Below, piece after piece: positions 11,210-21,906 of a DNA stretch of 64,000 nt. The stretch's first letter is position 1. Each line of letters begins with the position of its first letter. This DNA comes from Macrostomum lignano (Eukaryota). A program made the translations under genes and the position numbers. The stretch spans positions 94,609 to 158,608 of the forward strand of contig NIVC01002137.1 of NCBI GenBank assembly GCA_002269645.1. Reading direction: 5' to 3'. The notes under the pieces were generated by a model. The model was given only the letters and a program-made list of their open reading frames with translations, was not told the origin of the DNA and ran no database searches.

Positions 11210-13456
11210 ATGAGCAGCCGATTTGCAGGCCGTTGGTCGACTTCGCCGCCCAAAATTCGCCTCTCTCTGCTGCTCCTGGTGATGTTTGGATTCTTTGCCG
11301 GAACAGCTCAAGCTATGTGGGTGCAGGAGTACGAGCGGTTGGCCTACTCGATTCCCGAGCCGCAAGGTCAGAAATTTTACACAAGTTGTTGTGCGTGACT
11401 GACAGAGCAGCGAAATGTAATTTCGCCGTAGCTATAAGGGGCGCCAATATTTAGTGTCTCGGTTGGTGTCCTTGTCCAACAGCGAAATGTGAGATTGCTG
11501 ATTGGTTTATTTAATTTCTGACTCTTAGTTGGCGCCCCAGTCTCTTATTTGGCGCCCCAGTCTCTTATTTGGTGCCCCAGTCTCTTAGTTGGCGCCCCAG
11601 TTTCTTAGTTCGCGCCCCAGTCTTTTAGTTGGCGCCCCAGTCTCTTAGTTGGCGCCCCAGACTCTTATAGTCGGCGCCCCAGTCTCTTATTTGGCGCCTC
11701 AGTCTCTTAGTTGGCGCCACTGTCTCTTAGTTGGCGCCACTGTCTCTTAGTCGGCGCCCCTGTCTCTTGGTTGGCGCCACTGTCTCTTGGTTGGCACCCA
11801 GTTGTCTCATGGTTGGCGCCCAGTTGTCTCATGGTTGGCGCCCAGTTGTCTCATGGTTGGCGCCCAGTTGTCTCATGGTTGGCGCCCAGTTGTCTCATGG
11901 TTGGCGGCCGTCTATTGGTTGGCCCTGAACATATGTAGTTCTGTCATAAAGTTTTTCATTTTTTCCTTAATGATCCTTTATGTCACAGACCAACAGCCAG
12001 GGGGGGGGCTACATGCCGTATCTCGAATTTAGTTTTTGCCACGGGGTCAATAAACCCGACAGAACGAGCCCCTGTTCACTAGACAACTTGATCAGCATTG
12101 AGTGCACTGTGCAAATAAACGACGGTTATGCGATTAATTGCCTCAACTGATGGAGCCGCGGAAAGTTTTGTCAATCATCTCACCAAGCAGCCGGTGCAAT
12201 ATTTTTTACTTAATTGGCCAAGCAAAAATGTTTCATTCTAGGTGGGTGGCAATGTCCTTTTGGTTGCTCTGCCATTGAAACTCGAACTGGGAGCTTGTGT
12301 CGGTGTGGAGAATTGCTAACTGGGGAATTGCTGGCTGAAGAATAACTCACTGGGGAAATGCTGACTGGGGAATTGCTGTCTGGGGAATTGCTGACTGGGG
12401 AATTGCTGACTGGGAAATTGCTGTCTGGGGAATTGCTGTCTGGGTAAGAACTGACTGTGGAATTGCTGTCTGGGGAATTGCTACCTGGGGAATTGCTGGC
12501 TGAGGAATAACTCACTGGGGAATTGCTGGCTGAGAAAGAAGTGACTGGGGAATTGCTGTCTGGGGAATTGCTGGCTGAGGAAGAATTGACTGGGTAATTG
12601 CTCACTGAGGAAGAAGTGACTGGGGAATTGCTGGCTGAGGAAGAACTGACTGGGGAATTGCTGGCTGAGGAAGAACTGACTGTGGAAAGAATTGACTGGG
12701 GAATTGCTGTCTGGGGAATTGCTGACTGGGAAAGAATTGACTGGGGAATTGCTGGCTGAGGAAGAAGTGACAGGGAAATTGCTGTCTGGGGAATTGCTGT
12801 CTGGGGAATTGCTGACTGGGGAATTGCTGTGTGGGGAATTGCTGACTGGGGAATTGGTGGCTGGGAAATTGCTGACTGGGAAAGAATGGACTGGGGAATT
12901 GCTGTCTGGGGAATTGCTGACTGGGAAAGAATTGACTGGGGAATTGCTGGCTGAGGAAGAAGTGACTGGGGAATTGCTGGCTGAGGAAGAAGTGACTGGG
13001 AAATTGCTGTCTGGGGAATTGCTGACTGGGAAAGAATTGACTGGGGAATTGCTGGCTGAGGAAGAAGTGACTGGGGAATTGCTGGCTGAGGAAGAAGTGA
13101 CTGGGAAATTGCTGTCTGGGGAATTGCTGTCTGGGGAATTGCTGACTGGGGAATTGCTGTGTGGGGAATTGCTGACTGGGAAAGAATTGACTGGGGCATT
13201 GCACTTGTGTAGTTCAATAAATGCGTGCTAAACTGACTAAATAATGTTAAATTTTACAGCAATCCACCGCCGCTCTCAAACAGCTGCACCAGGCGAGGTC
13301 ATATCCTACTTTCCCTGCTCCTACGGCGGCATCCCATATCCGGTTTCCTGCGGCTCCGGCGCGGGGCCAAGAGTGTTCCGTTCTAAGAAAGGATTTCTAG
13401 TCTGTGTGTGCCTCTGCTCAGCCCAGGCCGCCGGGCCCAACTGCCTGCCTGACTGA
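11210..13456 (+). CDS. Putative secreted cysteine-rich prepropeptide, 117 aa, family unrecognised
   Basis: Exon 1 is 11210-11366 (CAAG|GTCAGA, phase 1). Exon 2 is 13260-13456 (TTTTACAG|, upstream CTGACTAA branch-like motif, phase 1). The join gives a hydrophobic signal LSLLLLVMFGFFAGTAQA, then a propeptide ending HRR, then a mature region with 6 Cys. AATAAA lies at 13548-13553. Confidence 0.65.
11522..11905. repeat. Intronic 20-bp minisatellite (TCTCTTAGTTGGCGCCCCAG); reverse complement of the family at 50445-53545
   Basis: Tandem units. GTCTCTTGGTTGGCGCC is the reverse complement of GGCGCCAACCAAGAGAC. Confidence 0.9.
12310..13197. repeat. Intronic 15-bp minisatellite (GGGGAATTGCTGACT and variants)
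   Basis: Tandem 15-mers; source of the false ORFs 12210-13217, 12602-13204 and 12692-13231. Confidence 0.93.
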
Positions 13457-13547
13457 CTGTCGGCTAATATAACACTTAATTAACTCTTAATCAAGTACCT
13501 GACCGTTCTATCAATAATTAGAAATTATTTGAAGCCTAAAGCATCAA

Positions 13548-13553
13548 AATAAA
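13548..13553 (+). promoter_or_regulatory. Candidate polyadenylation signal of the peptide gene
   Basis: AATAAA ~90 nt after the stop codon at 13456. Confidence 0.45.
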
Positions 13554-13621
13554 TATTGATTCCCTCTCCCCTATTTAGCCTGCGTTGTGTCTTAGTGAAT
13601 TTTGTGTTAAAATATGCTATA

Positions 13622-14586
13622 AATGGGAGATTAATATGTTTACTCAAAATGGCAATTATGGGAGATTAATATGTTTACTCAAAATGGCAATTATGGGAGA
13701 TTAATATGTTTACTCAAAATGGCAATTATGGGAGATTAATATGTTTACTCAAAATGGCAATTATGGGAGATTAATATGTTTACTCAAAATGGCAATTATG
13801 GGAGATTAATATGTTTACTCAAAATGGCAATTATGGGAGATTAATATGTTTACTCAAAATGGCAATTATGGGAGATTAATATGTTTACTCAAAATGGCAA
13901 TTATGGGAGATTAATATGTTTACTCAAAATGGCAATTATGGGAGATTAATATGTTTACTCAAAATGGCAATTATGGGAGATTAATATGTCTGCTCAGAAT
14001 GCCATAAATGGGAGATTAATATGTCTGCTCAAAATGCCATAAATAAGAGATTAATATGTCTGCTCAGAATGCCATAAATGAGAGATTAATATGTCTGCTC
14101 AGAATGTCATAAATGGGAGATTAATATGTCTGCTCAGAATGTCATAAATGGGAGATTAATATGTCTGCTCAGAATGTCATAAATGGGAGATTAATATGTC
14201 TGCTCAGAATGCCATAAATGGGAGATTAATATGTCTGCTCAGAATGTCATAAATGGGAGATTAATATGTCTGCTCAGAATGCCATAAATGGGAGATTAAT
14301 ATGTCTGCTCAGAATGTCATATATGGGAGATTAATATGTCTGCTCAGAATGCCATAAATGGGAGATTAATATGTCTGCTCAGAATGTCATAAATGGGAGA
14401 TTAATATGTCTGCTCAGAATGCCATAAATGGGAGATTAATATGTCTGCTCAGAATGTCATATATGGGAGATTAATATGTCTGCTCAGAATGCCATAAATG
14501 GGAGATTAATATGTCTGCTCAGAATGTCATAAATGGGAGATTAATATGTCTGCTCAGAATGTCATAAATGGGAGATTAATATGTCT
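13622..14586. repeat. 35-bp minisatellite with two sequential subtypes
   Basis: ATGGGAGATTAATATGTTTACTCAAAATGGCAATT up to ~13985, then ATGGGAGATTAATATGTCTGCTCAGAATG[C/T]CATAA. Confidence 0.93.
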
Positions 14587-15252
14587 GTGTTTTGAAGTTG
14601 AAGACAAATGAAAAATAAGTTTGAAACTTTACAAATATTTAGGGCATGAAGATATTCATAGCAAATAAATTTGGTGCATTTCAATTCACATTGGTTGTTG
14701 GGACGCTAATTCAACTTTGAAATAAATTTATTTCACTTAGCAAATGCAAATTAAAGTTAAAAAAGCAGATTACATGGCAATGGGCACTATTAGAAAAACA
14801 AAAATGTTTTTGGAATGGATTTAAACTTGCTGGTTAAATTTTGATAGGTAATAAAACTTGTGCGCCACAGTTAATGCATACACAGAAACGCATATTACTA
14901 CTAGTGGCTAGGGGACGAGTAGTATAGTCTTCGTTAAGAAGACGATGTCAATAAAAAACTAAAAAAAACACGATGAAGAATGTATTTTTAATGCAAAAAT
15001 ATTGTAATTAAACATACCATAGCACAGCTTCTCCCCTATGGTTTTGTTGACAAAATAAGCTTTAGTAAAAAATCAAGCTCACGATGCGAGTTCAGCTAAG
15101 ATCAATGGAAACTTTGCAGTTTCCTAGTAACTATTTGAAGGCTTTTAATTAATCAAGTTTCTTATTGTAAGCAGATTAAAGCTAAAGGATAAATCAGTAT
15201 AACAAAGAAAAGGACGGCATAAAAGAGAGGTGACAAGTCAAGAAGCGGTCAG

Positions 15253-18200
15253 TCAGCCACTGTCACAGCTGTCCCTATCGGAAGTCTGCTTCAACTGCTG
15301 CTGTTGTTGCCAGTTCTGCTTTTGCAAGCCGGCTAAAAGAGGCCTACAAGACAGCAGCGATAGCTCCTCAGCATCTCCAGCATCTTCAGCATCTTCAGTT
15401 GGCACCTTCATCAGTTTATCACTTTTCAATAGCGTTCTAACAGTCTCCGATACAATGGTTCTGGTGGTGGTTGATGCGGCAGCGGCGGCAGCTGGAGCAG
15501 CTGAATAATCCATATGAGTAGCGGCAGCGGACTCCTGCACAAGTCTGTACTGCTGCTGCTGATGATGCTGGTAGATGCTGGTTGTGCCATTCAATAACTG
15601 ATGCCGCATCAGGTAGTTTTTCGTGTCCAGAGTCAAATAGGTGGGCCGGTAGAGCGCGGCGGCGTCACCAATAGAGGCTGAGGTGTCGTCCCTGTTGCAG
15701 GCATATTTCTGAGCCAGCAGGCTGAACTCGTCGCATTCGGTTGTGGAGGCGGTGGCGGCCGCGGCGGCTGCGGCTGCGGCAGCTGCGGCAGCGAATAGAG
15801 AGGGTACGGCGCCGCCTGCTGGCTCGCTGTTGGCGCTGTGAATGGCGTGTTGTGGGAGTTGGATTCTTGATAGAAACCTATTCAGTGAACTCTTCTCTCG
15901 GCAAGGTAAGAGCGAGTGACAAATTAAAGAACAAATGACTAACAAGAAAGATTAAAGAGCGACATCACTAGTGACAATTGAATGAAATAGACAGTGAAAA
16001 GCGAGTGAAACTGAGAGTGAAAAGCGAGTGATACCAGAGTGACAAGCGAGTGACTTCGGAAGTGATAAGTGAATGAAATTGAGAGTGACAGTGAGTAAAA
16101 TCTAGAGTGACAAGCGAGTGACATCGGGAGTGACATGTGAATGATATCGAGAGTGAAAGTGAGTAAAATCTAGAGTGACAAGCGAGTGACATCGGGAGTG
16201 ACATGTGAATGAAATCGAGTGACAAGTGAGTGATATCGGGAGTGAAAGGTGAATTAATTAAGAGTGACATCAAACTGACACCGGGAGTGAAAGGTGACGT
16301 TGTTAGTGATGCATCAGGAGTGTCAATCGAGCAAAAGAAGACCAATTAGCAAATCAAGCAAAACAACAAAGGAAAAGCATAAAAGATTACGAACCAGAAA
16401 TCAGTGAAGTCGCAGTCAACAAGTCCATTTTGTTGGTTTAGCAAAGTTCTGCCATTGGTCAGAGACAACTGCTGCTGCTGCTGCTGAACTTCTTTCTGCT
16501 GTTGTTGCAGTTTCTGCTTTTGCTGAGCCTGTTGTTGCTTTGTTTGTTTCGGATGCTGCTGCTGTTGCTGCTGCTGTCTGAGCAGCATTTCCTCGATTGT
16601 GTTCTGTTTATGAAAAATATAGCGTAGAGAAAAGGGAATCATAACCGGGTCTACAGAGTTTGCCAGCCAAGATTTACCAGACAGACATTTGCCAGCCAAG
16701 ATTTACCAGACAGACATTTGCCAGCCAAGATTTACCAGCCAGAAATTTGCCAGTTAAGATTTACCAGCCAGACATTTGCCAGCCAAGATTTACTAGCCAG
16801 ACATTTGCCAGCCAAGATTTACCAGCCAGACATTTGCCAGCCAAGATTTACCAGCCAGACATTTGCCAGCCAAGATTTATCAGACAGACATTTGCCAGTT
16901 AAGATTTACCAGCCAGACATTTGCCAGCGAAGATTTACCAGCCAGACATTTGCCAGCCAAGATTTACCAGCCAAGATTTACCAGCCAGACATTTGCCAGC
17001 CAAGATTTACCAGCCAGACATTTGCCAGCCAAGATTTACCAGCCAGACATTTGCCAGCCAAGATTTACCAGCCAGACATTTGCCAGCCAAGATTTACCAG
17101 CCAGACATTTGCCAGCCAAGATTTACCAGCCAGACATTTGCCAGCCAAGATTTACCAGCCAGACATTTGCCAGCCAAGATTTACCAGCCAGACATTTGCC
17201 AGCCAAGATTTACCAGCCAGACATTATTTAAACAGTCACAATTTCTAAACTTCCAAGCACAGTGTATTTATATAACTATTTAGTAATGCTTTAATACAAC
17301 GGACTTGAATGGATTATTACATATTATATTTAATATTTAAAACACACTTACCAGCAAGTTTCTAAAGTACTTTTTCTGCGTGGAAGCATCCTCGCCGTCG
17401 GCTGGTGCTGACTCAGCCTCCTGGATGGCCAACTGGAATTATTTTAAAGTTTTTCTTAGTAGCCGTAATGGTATTATCAGCTGCAATGGGATTATCAGCT
17501 TCAATGGGATTATCAGCTACAATGGGATTATCAGCTACAATGGGATTATCAGCTACAATGGGATTATCAGCTACAATGGGATTATCAGCTACAATGGGAT
17601 TATCAGCTACAATGGTATTATCAGCTGCAATGGGATTATCAGCTTCAATGGGATTATCAGCTACAATGGGATTATCAGCTACAATGGGATTATCAGCTAC
17701 AATGGGATTATCAGCTACAATGGGATTATCAGCTACAATGGGATTATCAGCTACAATGGTATTATCAGCTGCAATGGTATTATCAGCTGCAATGGGATTA
17801 TCAGCCGTAATGGTATTATCAGCTACAATGGGGCTATCAGCTGCAATGGTATTATCAGCTACAATGGTATTATCAGCTGCAATGGGATTATCAGCTACAA
17901 TGGGATTATCTGCTACAATGGGATTATCAGCTACAATGGTATTATCAGCTGCAATGGTATTATCAGCTGCAATGGGATTATCAGCCGTAATGGTATTATC
18001 AGCTACAATGGGGCTATCAGCTGCAATGGTATTATCAGCTACAATGGTATTATCAGCTGCAATGGGATTATCAGCTACAATGGTATTATCAGCTACAATG
18101 GTATTATCAGCTGCAATGGGATTATTAACTACAATGGGGTTATCAGCTGCAATGGGATTATCAGCTACAATGGGGCTATCAGCTGCAATGGTATTATCAG

Positions 18201-20410
18201 CTACAATGGTATTATCAGCTGCAATGGGATTATCAGCTACAATGGGATTATCAGCTACAATGGGATTATGAGCTGCAATGGGATTATTAACTACAATGGG
18301 GTTATCAGCTGCAATGGGATTATCAGCTACGGATTAAAAGCTATCGGATTAATCGCTTGTCTCACCTTATCATGTCGCCCATTAGTCGCTGTCGGCCCAA
18401 CAACGGCACCAACTAGCGGTCCAGGTTCCGACACGGCCGCCGCTTCAACCGCATCTGCAGTGCCGACTGGGTTGGTGCCAGAAGTCGGTGCTAGGCTCTC
18501 CAGCCGGCAGTGGGTGCAGTCGCACCGAACCGCAGGTGCACCAGCGCCGTTCGCGCCGCCGGCGCCGGCGCCCACATTCCACATGTTGGCCTTGACGTTG
18601 GCGTCCACCGAATTGTCGGGCGGTCGAGAGGCGGCGGCAGCGGCTACGGGCAAATCCGACGTTGAAGTGGCCGCGTCCCTAGTCGTAACCATGGTAACCG
18701 TGTTGACGCCCACGCTGGTAACATTTCTAACGCTCGGAGTCCTTGAACCAGCAGTGGCAGCCAAGAGCTCTTCGTACCTCTGCCTGGCCGCATCCTGGTC
18801 AATAAGCAGTCGCTTGAGCTGGTCTTGAAGGTCGCGGAGTTGCTCCTCCTGCCGGAGCAGCAGACGGTACACCTCCGGCGGGGTGTCGCTGCCTGCTGCA
18901 GTCGGCTTATCGACGCAGTTCGCTGGAGCAGAGGCAGCCAGGCCTTGACGACGCGGCTTAACGGCGTGAGAGCGGGAAACAGGGAGATTAAATAAAAGCT
19001 TGTAGGTCTGACTGCATGATGTCAGACGATAGGAAACTGGGTGAGATGAGAGAGAAACTGGGTGAGATTGTGAGAGAAACTGGGTGAGATGAGAGAGAAA
19101 CTGGGTGAGATTGTGAGAGAAACTGGGTGAGATGGAGAGAGAAACGGGGTGAGATTGTGAGAGAAACTGGGTGAGATGGAGAGAGAAACTAGGTGAGATT
19201 GTGAGAGAAACTGGGTGAGATGGAGAGAGAAACTAGGTGAGATTGTGAGAGAAACTGGGTGAGATAGTGAGAGAAACTGAGTGAGATTGTGAGAGAAACT
19301 GAGTGAGATTGTGAGAGAAACTGGGTGAGATTGTGAGAGAAACTGGGTGAGATAGTGAGAGAAACTGAGTGAGATTGTGAGAGAAACTGGGAGAGATTGT
19401 GAGAGAAACTGAGTGAGATTGTGAGAGAAACTGGGTGAGATTGTGAGAGAAACTGAGTGAGATTGTGAGAGAAACTGAGTGCGATTGTGAGAGAAACTGG
19501 GTGAGATTGTGAGAGAAACTGAGTGAGGTTGTGAGAGAAACTGGGTGAGAAATTGAGAGAAATTGAGTGAGATTGAGAGAGAAACTGAGATAGTGAGAGA
19601 AACTGAGTGATATTGTGAGAGAAACTGAGTGAGATTGTGAGAGAAACTGGGTGAGATTGTGAGAAACTGGGTGAGATTGTGAGAAACTGGGTGAGATTGT
19701 GAGAGAAACGGAGTGAGGTTGTGAAATAAACTTCAAGCTTTCGAGGAATTAAATAATTTTTACACTTTCCAAGACATGGAACACTCTTCCCTACTCACAG
19801 GCTTCTCCTGTCGCAGGTAATTAGCGCTGCCTGTCTCCTGCTGTTGCTGTTGCTGAGCTCGTTTCTTCCTAGTCTTCTGTTGCTGCTGCTGCTGCTGCTG
19901 CATTTGGGCTCCTCCGTAAGCAGCCACCGCAGCAGGAGCAGCAGAAGCGAAGTACTGATCGCAGCCATTGCCGCCTCCGTTGTACTCGTAGCTGGGATAA
20001 TCGGGAGCCGCACCTGCGTGACGACTGTTAGCAGAAGCCAGTCTACTAGAAGCAACCACTCCGGCAGAAGGATGCAAAGCAGTTGACGCTACAAGCGGCA
20101 TGGGCGGCATGACCACGCAGGGATAGGCGGCTGTAGCGGTGGTGGCGCCCATGCCTGCCGGGTGCTGATAGAACACATACGGCTGTTGCTGATATTGCTG
20201 TTGCTGTTGTTGCTTTCGGTGCTTCTGCTTTTGCTGCTGCTGCTGCTGCTGCTGCTGAACGGGCTCAGTTTGGATTGGCGATATCGACAATGGGCGTCGA
20301 GGAATCGACTCGTCGCTTGAGCAGCTGTACAGCCTGGGCCGCTGCTGCTGTTGCTGAGCCATTGCGGCGCCAGTAGCTGCGGCGGCAGCGGCGTTCGGTT
20401 TGCGAGACAT
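15253..20410 (-). CDS. STIL: STIL/Ana2/SAS-5-like centriole assembly protein, ~710 aa
   Basis: Exons 20410-19799, 18956-18366, 17432-17352 and 16603-~16391 all join in phase 0; the last exon is ~15894-15253 (this last junction is uncertain). PPEVYRLLLRQEEQLRDLQDQLKRLL resembles the STIL central coiled coil. IQLP...FSLLAQKY...YLTLDTKNYLMRHQLL resembles the STAN motif. SIPRRPLSISP near the N-terminus is CR2-like. The motif comparisons are from memory, not a database search. Confidence 0.68.
16655..17225. repeat. Intronic 29-bp (14+15) minisatellite (CCAGCCAAGATTTACCAGCCAGACATTTG)
   Basis: Near-perfect tandem units. Confidence 0.93.
17465..18330. repeat. Intronic 18-bp minisatellite (AATGGGATTATCAGCTAC)
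   Basis: Tandem 18-mers; these create the false 482-aa NGIISY ORF. Confidence 0.95.
19035..19725. repeat. Intronic 22-bp purine-rich minisatellite (GAGATTGTGAGAGAAACTG[A/G]GT)
   Basis: Tandem units. Confidence 0.93.
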
Positions 20411-20488
20411 GATGCTCGACTGGCTACATGAAGTAGAAATATAAGGAAAAACAGTTTTTTTCTCAATCGTTTAAAATAACAACTAAGA

Positions 20489-20690
20489 AATCTCAGCTTG
20501 GCTCTGCTCGTGCAATAAACGGCCTTGAAGGTTAAATAAAGTTAGGGCCGCTGTACACTCCTGTGTGAGTGTGTGCCTGCGCGTATGACTGCCTACGTAT
20601 CCGCGCGCTTGTGTGCCTGCTCAGGTGGAGTCGGCGGAATGGGCAGCAATGCCTCTCGCCGGTTGTGTGGCAATGTCGCTAAAAACGTGT
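20489..20690 (+). mobile_element. Dispersed ~200-bp repeat (SINE-like body); second copy at ~57611-57810
   Basis: AATCTCAGCTTG...GGTTAAATAAAGTTAGGGCCGCTGTACACTCCTGTGTGAGTGTGTGCCTG...GGAGTCGGCGGAATGGGCAG is near-identical in both places. Confidence 0.75.
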
Positions 20691-21169
20691 GTTTTTGCAA
20701 AAAGCGAGCCTTCAAAAAATTTCTAAGAAACAACGTGTCTTAATCTTTTACTTAAAGGTAAAAAACAAAATAAAAATTAACACAATGAAGCTCAATGAAC
20801 AATAGCTACAAATGATTAAAATATATTTAATTCAAAGTTTTAAGGAAACAATTATTTATAACAAAGATAGACGCAAAAAATTTAAAACGCGTAGAAACTA
20901 TTAAATTAATGATATGACAAAACAATGGCATGAAAATTTAGCTATGCAACATTCTAAAGCACGTGACACTTGCGACACTTGGGGGAAGACATTAAAAACT
21001 GAAAGCAATAACTCATTATTGACAGATGTTTCGAATACACAATGAATATATGAATTAAGGTCATGGGCCATGGCGGGATAGCACAGATATTGATCAAAGT
21101 CCATACAATAAGTATGTGAATTGGCTCTGTACAATTAACTGTGTTTCGCTTCACAACTCCCTCTTCACA

Positions 21170-21805
21170 GTCCTTGACAATCTGCCCTCTCCCAGTTCTC
21201 GAGAATCTGCCCCCCAGTCCTTGCGAATCTGCCCCCAGTCCTTGAGAATCTGCCCCCAGTCCTTGAGAATCTGCCCCCCAGTCCTTGAGAATCTGCCCCC
21301 AGTCCTTGAGAATCTGCCCCCCAGTCCTTGAGAATCTGTCCCCAGTCCTTGACAATCTGCCCTCCCCCAGTTCTCGAGAATCTGCCCCAGTCCTTGCGAA
21401 TCTGCCCCCAGTCCTTGAGCATCTGCCCCCAGTCCTTGAGAATCTGCCCCCAGTCCTTAAGCATCTGCCCCCAGTCCTTGAGAATCTGCCCCCAGTCCTT
21501 AAGCATCTGCCCCCAGTCCTTGAGAATCTGCCCCCAGTCCTTAAGCATCTGCCCCCAGTCCTTGAGAATCTGCCCCCCAGTCCTTAAGCATCTGCCCCCA
21601 GTCCTCGAGAATCTGCCCCAGTTCTTAAGAATCTGCCATCAGTCCTTGAAAATCTGCCCCCAGTCCTTGAGAATCTGCCATCAGTCTTTGAGAATCTGCC
21701 ATCAGTTTTTGAGAATCTGCCATTAGTTCTTGTGAATCTGCCCCCAGTTCTTGAGAATCTGCCCCCAGTCCTTGTGAATCTGCCCCCAGTCCTCGAGAAT
21801 CTGCA
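21170..21805. repeat. 21-22 bp minisatellite (GAGAATCTGCCCCCAGTCCTT) just downstream of the PCYOX1 stop
   Basis: Tandem units. Confidence 0.92.
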
Positions 21806-21906
21806 TCTCCGATCTTCCCTACCGACTACTTTGAAATGTCTACTCAAATATCTTCCATCAGTTTATGGCTGAAATGAAAACATCGAACCAAACAGATAGC
21901 TAAGAG

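Noticed and set aside
11989-12032. Strong-looking acceptor (TGTCACAG) giving an alternative short last exon for the peptide gene (DQQPGGGLHAVSRI-stop)
   Set aside because: It would remove all cysteines and has no supporting features; not excluded without RNA data.
12210-13231. QSAIP / QQFPS / GELLT repeat ORFs (gliadin- or pentapeptide-like)
   Set aside because: A 15-bp tandem repeat is open in multiple frames on both strands and lies within an intron.
15895-15912. Perfect + strand donor GCAAG|GTAAGA suggesting an antisense transcript over STIL
   Set aside because: No matching + strand exon or ORF structure; consistent with chance.
17380-18828. 482-aa + strand ORF with NGIISY repeats (ice-nucleation or beta-helix-like look)
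   Set aside because: It is a read-through of an 18-bp intronic minisatellite plus the antisense of a STIL exon, and it is open in several frames.
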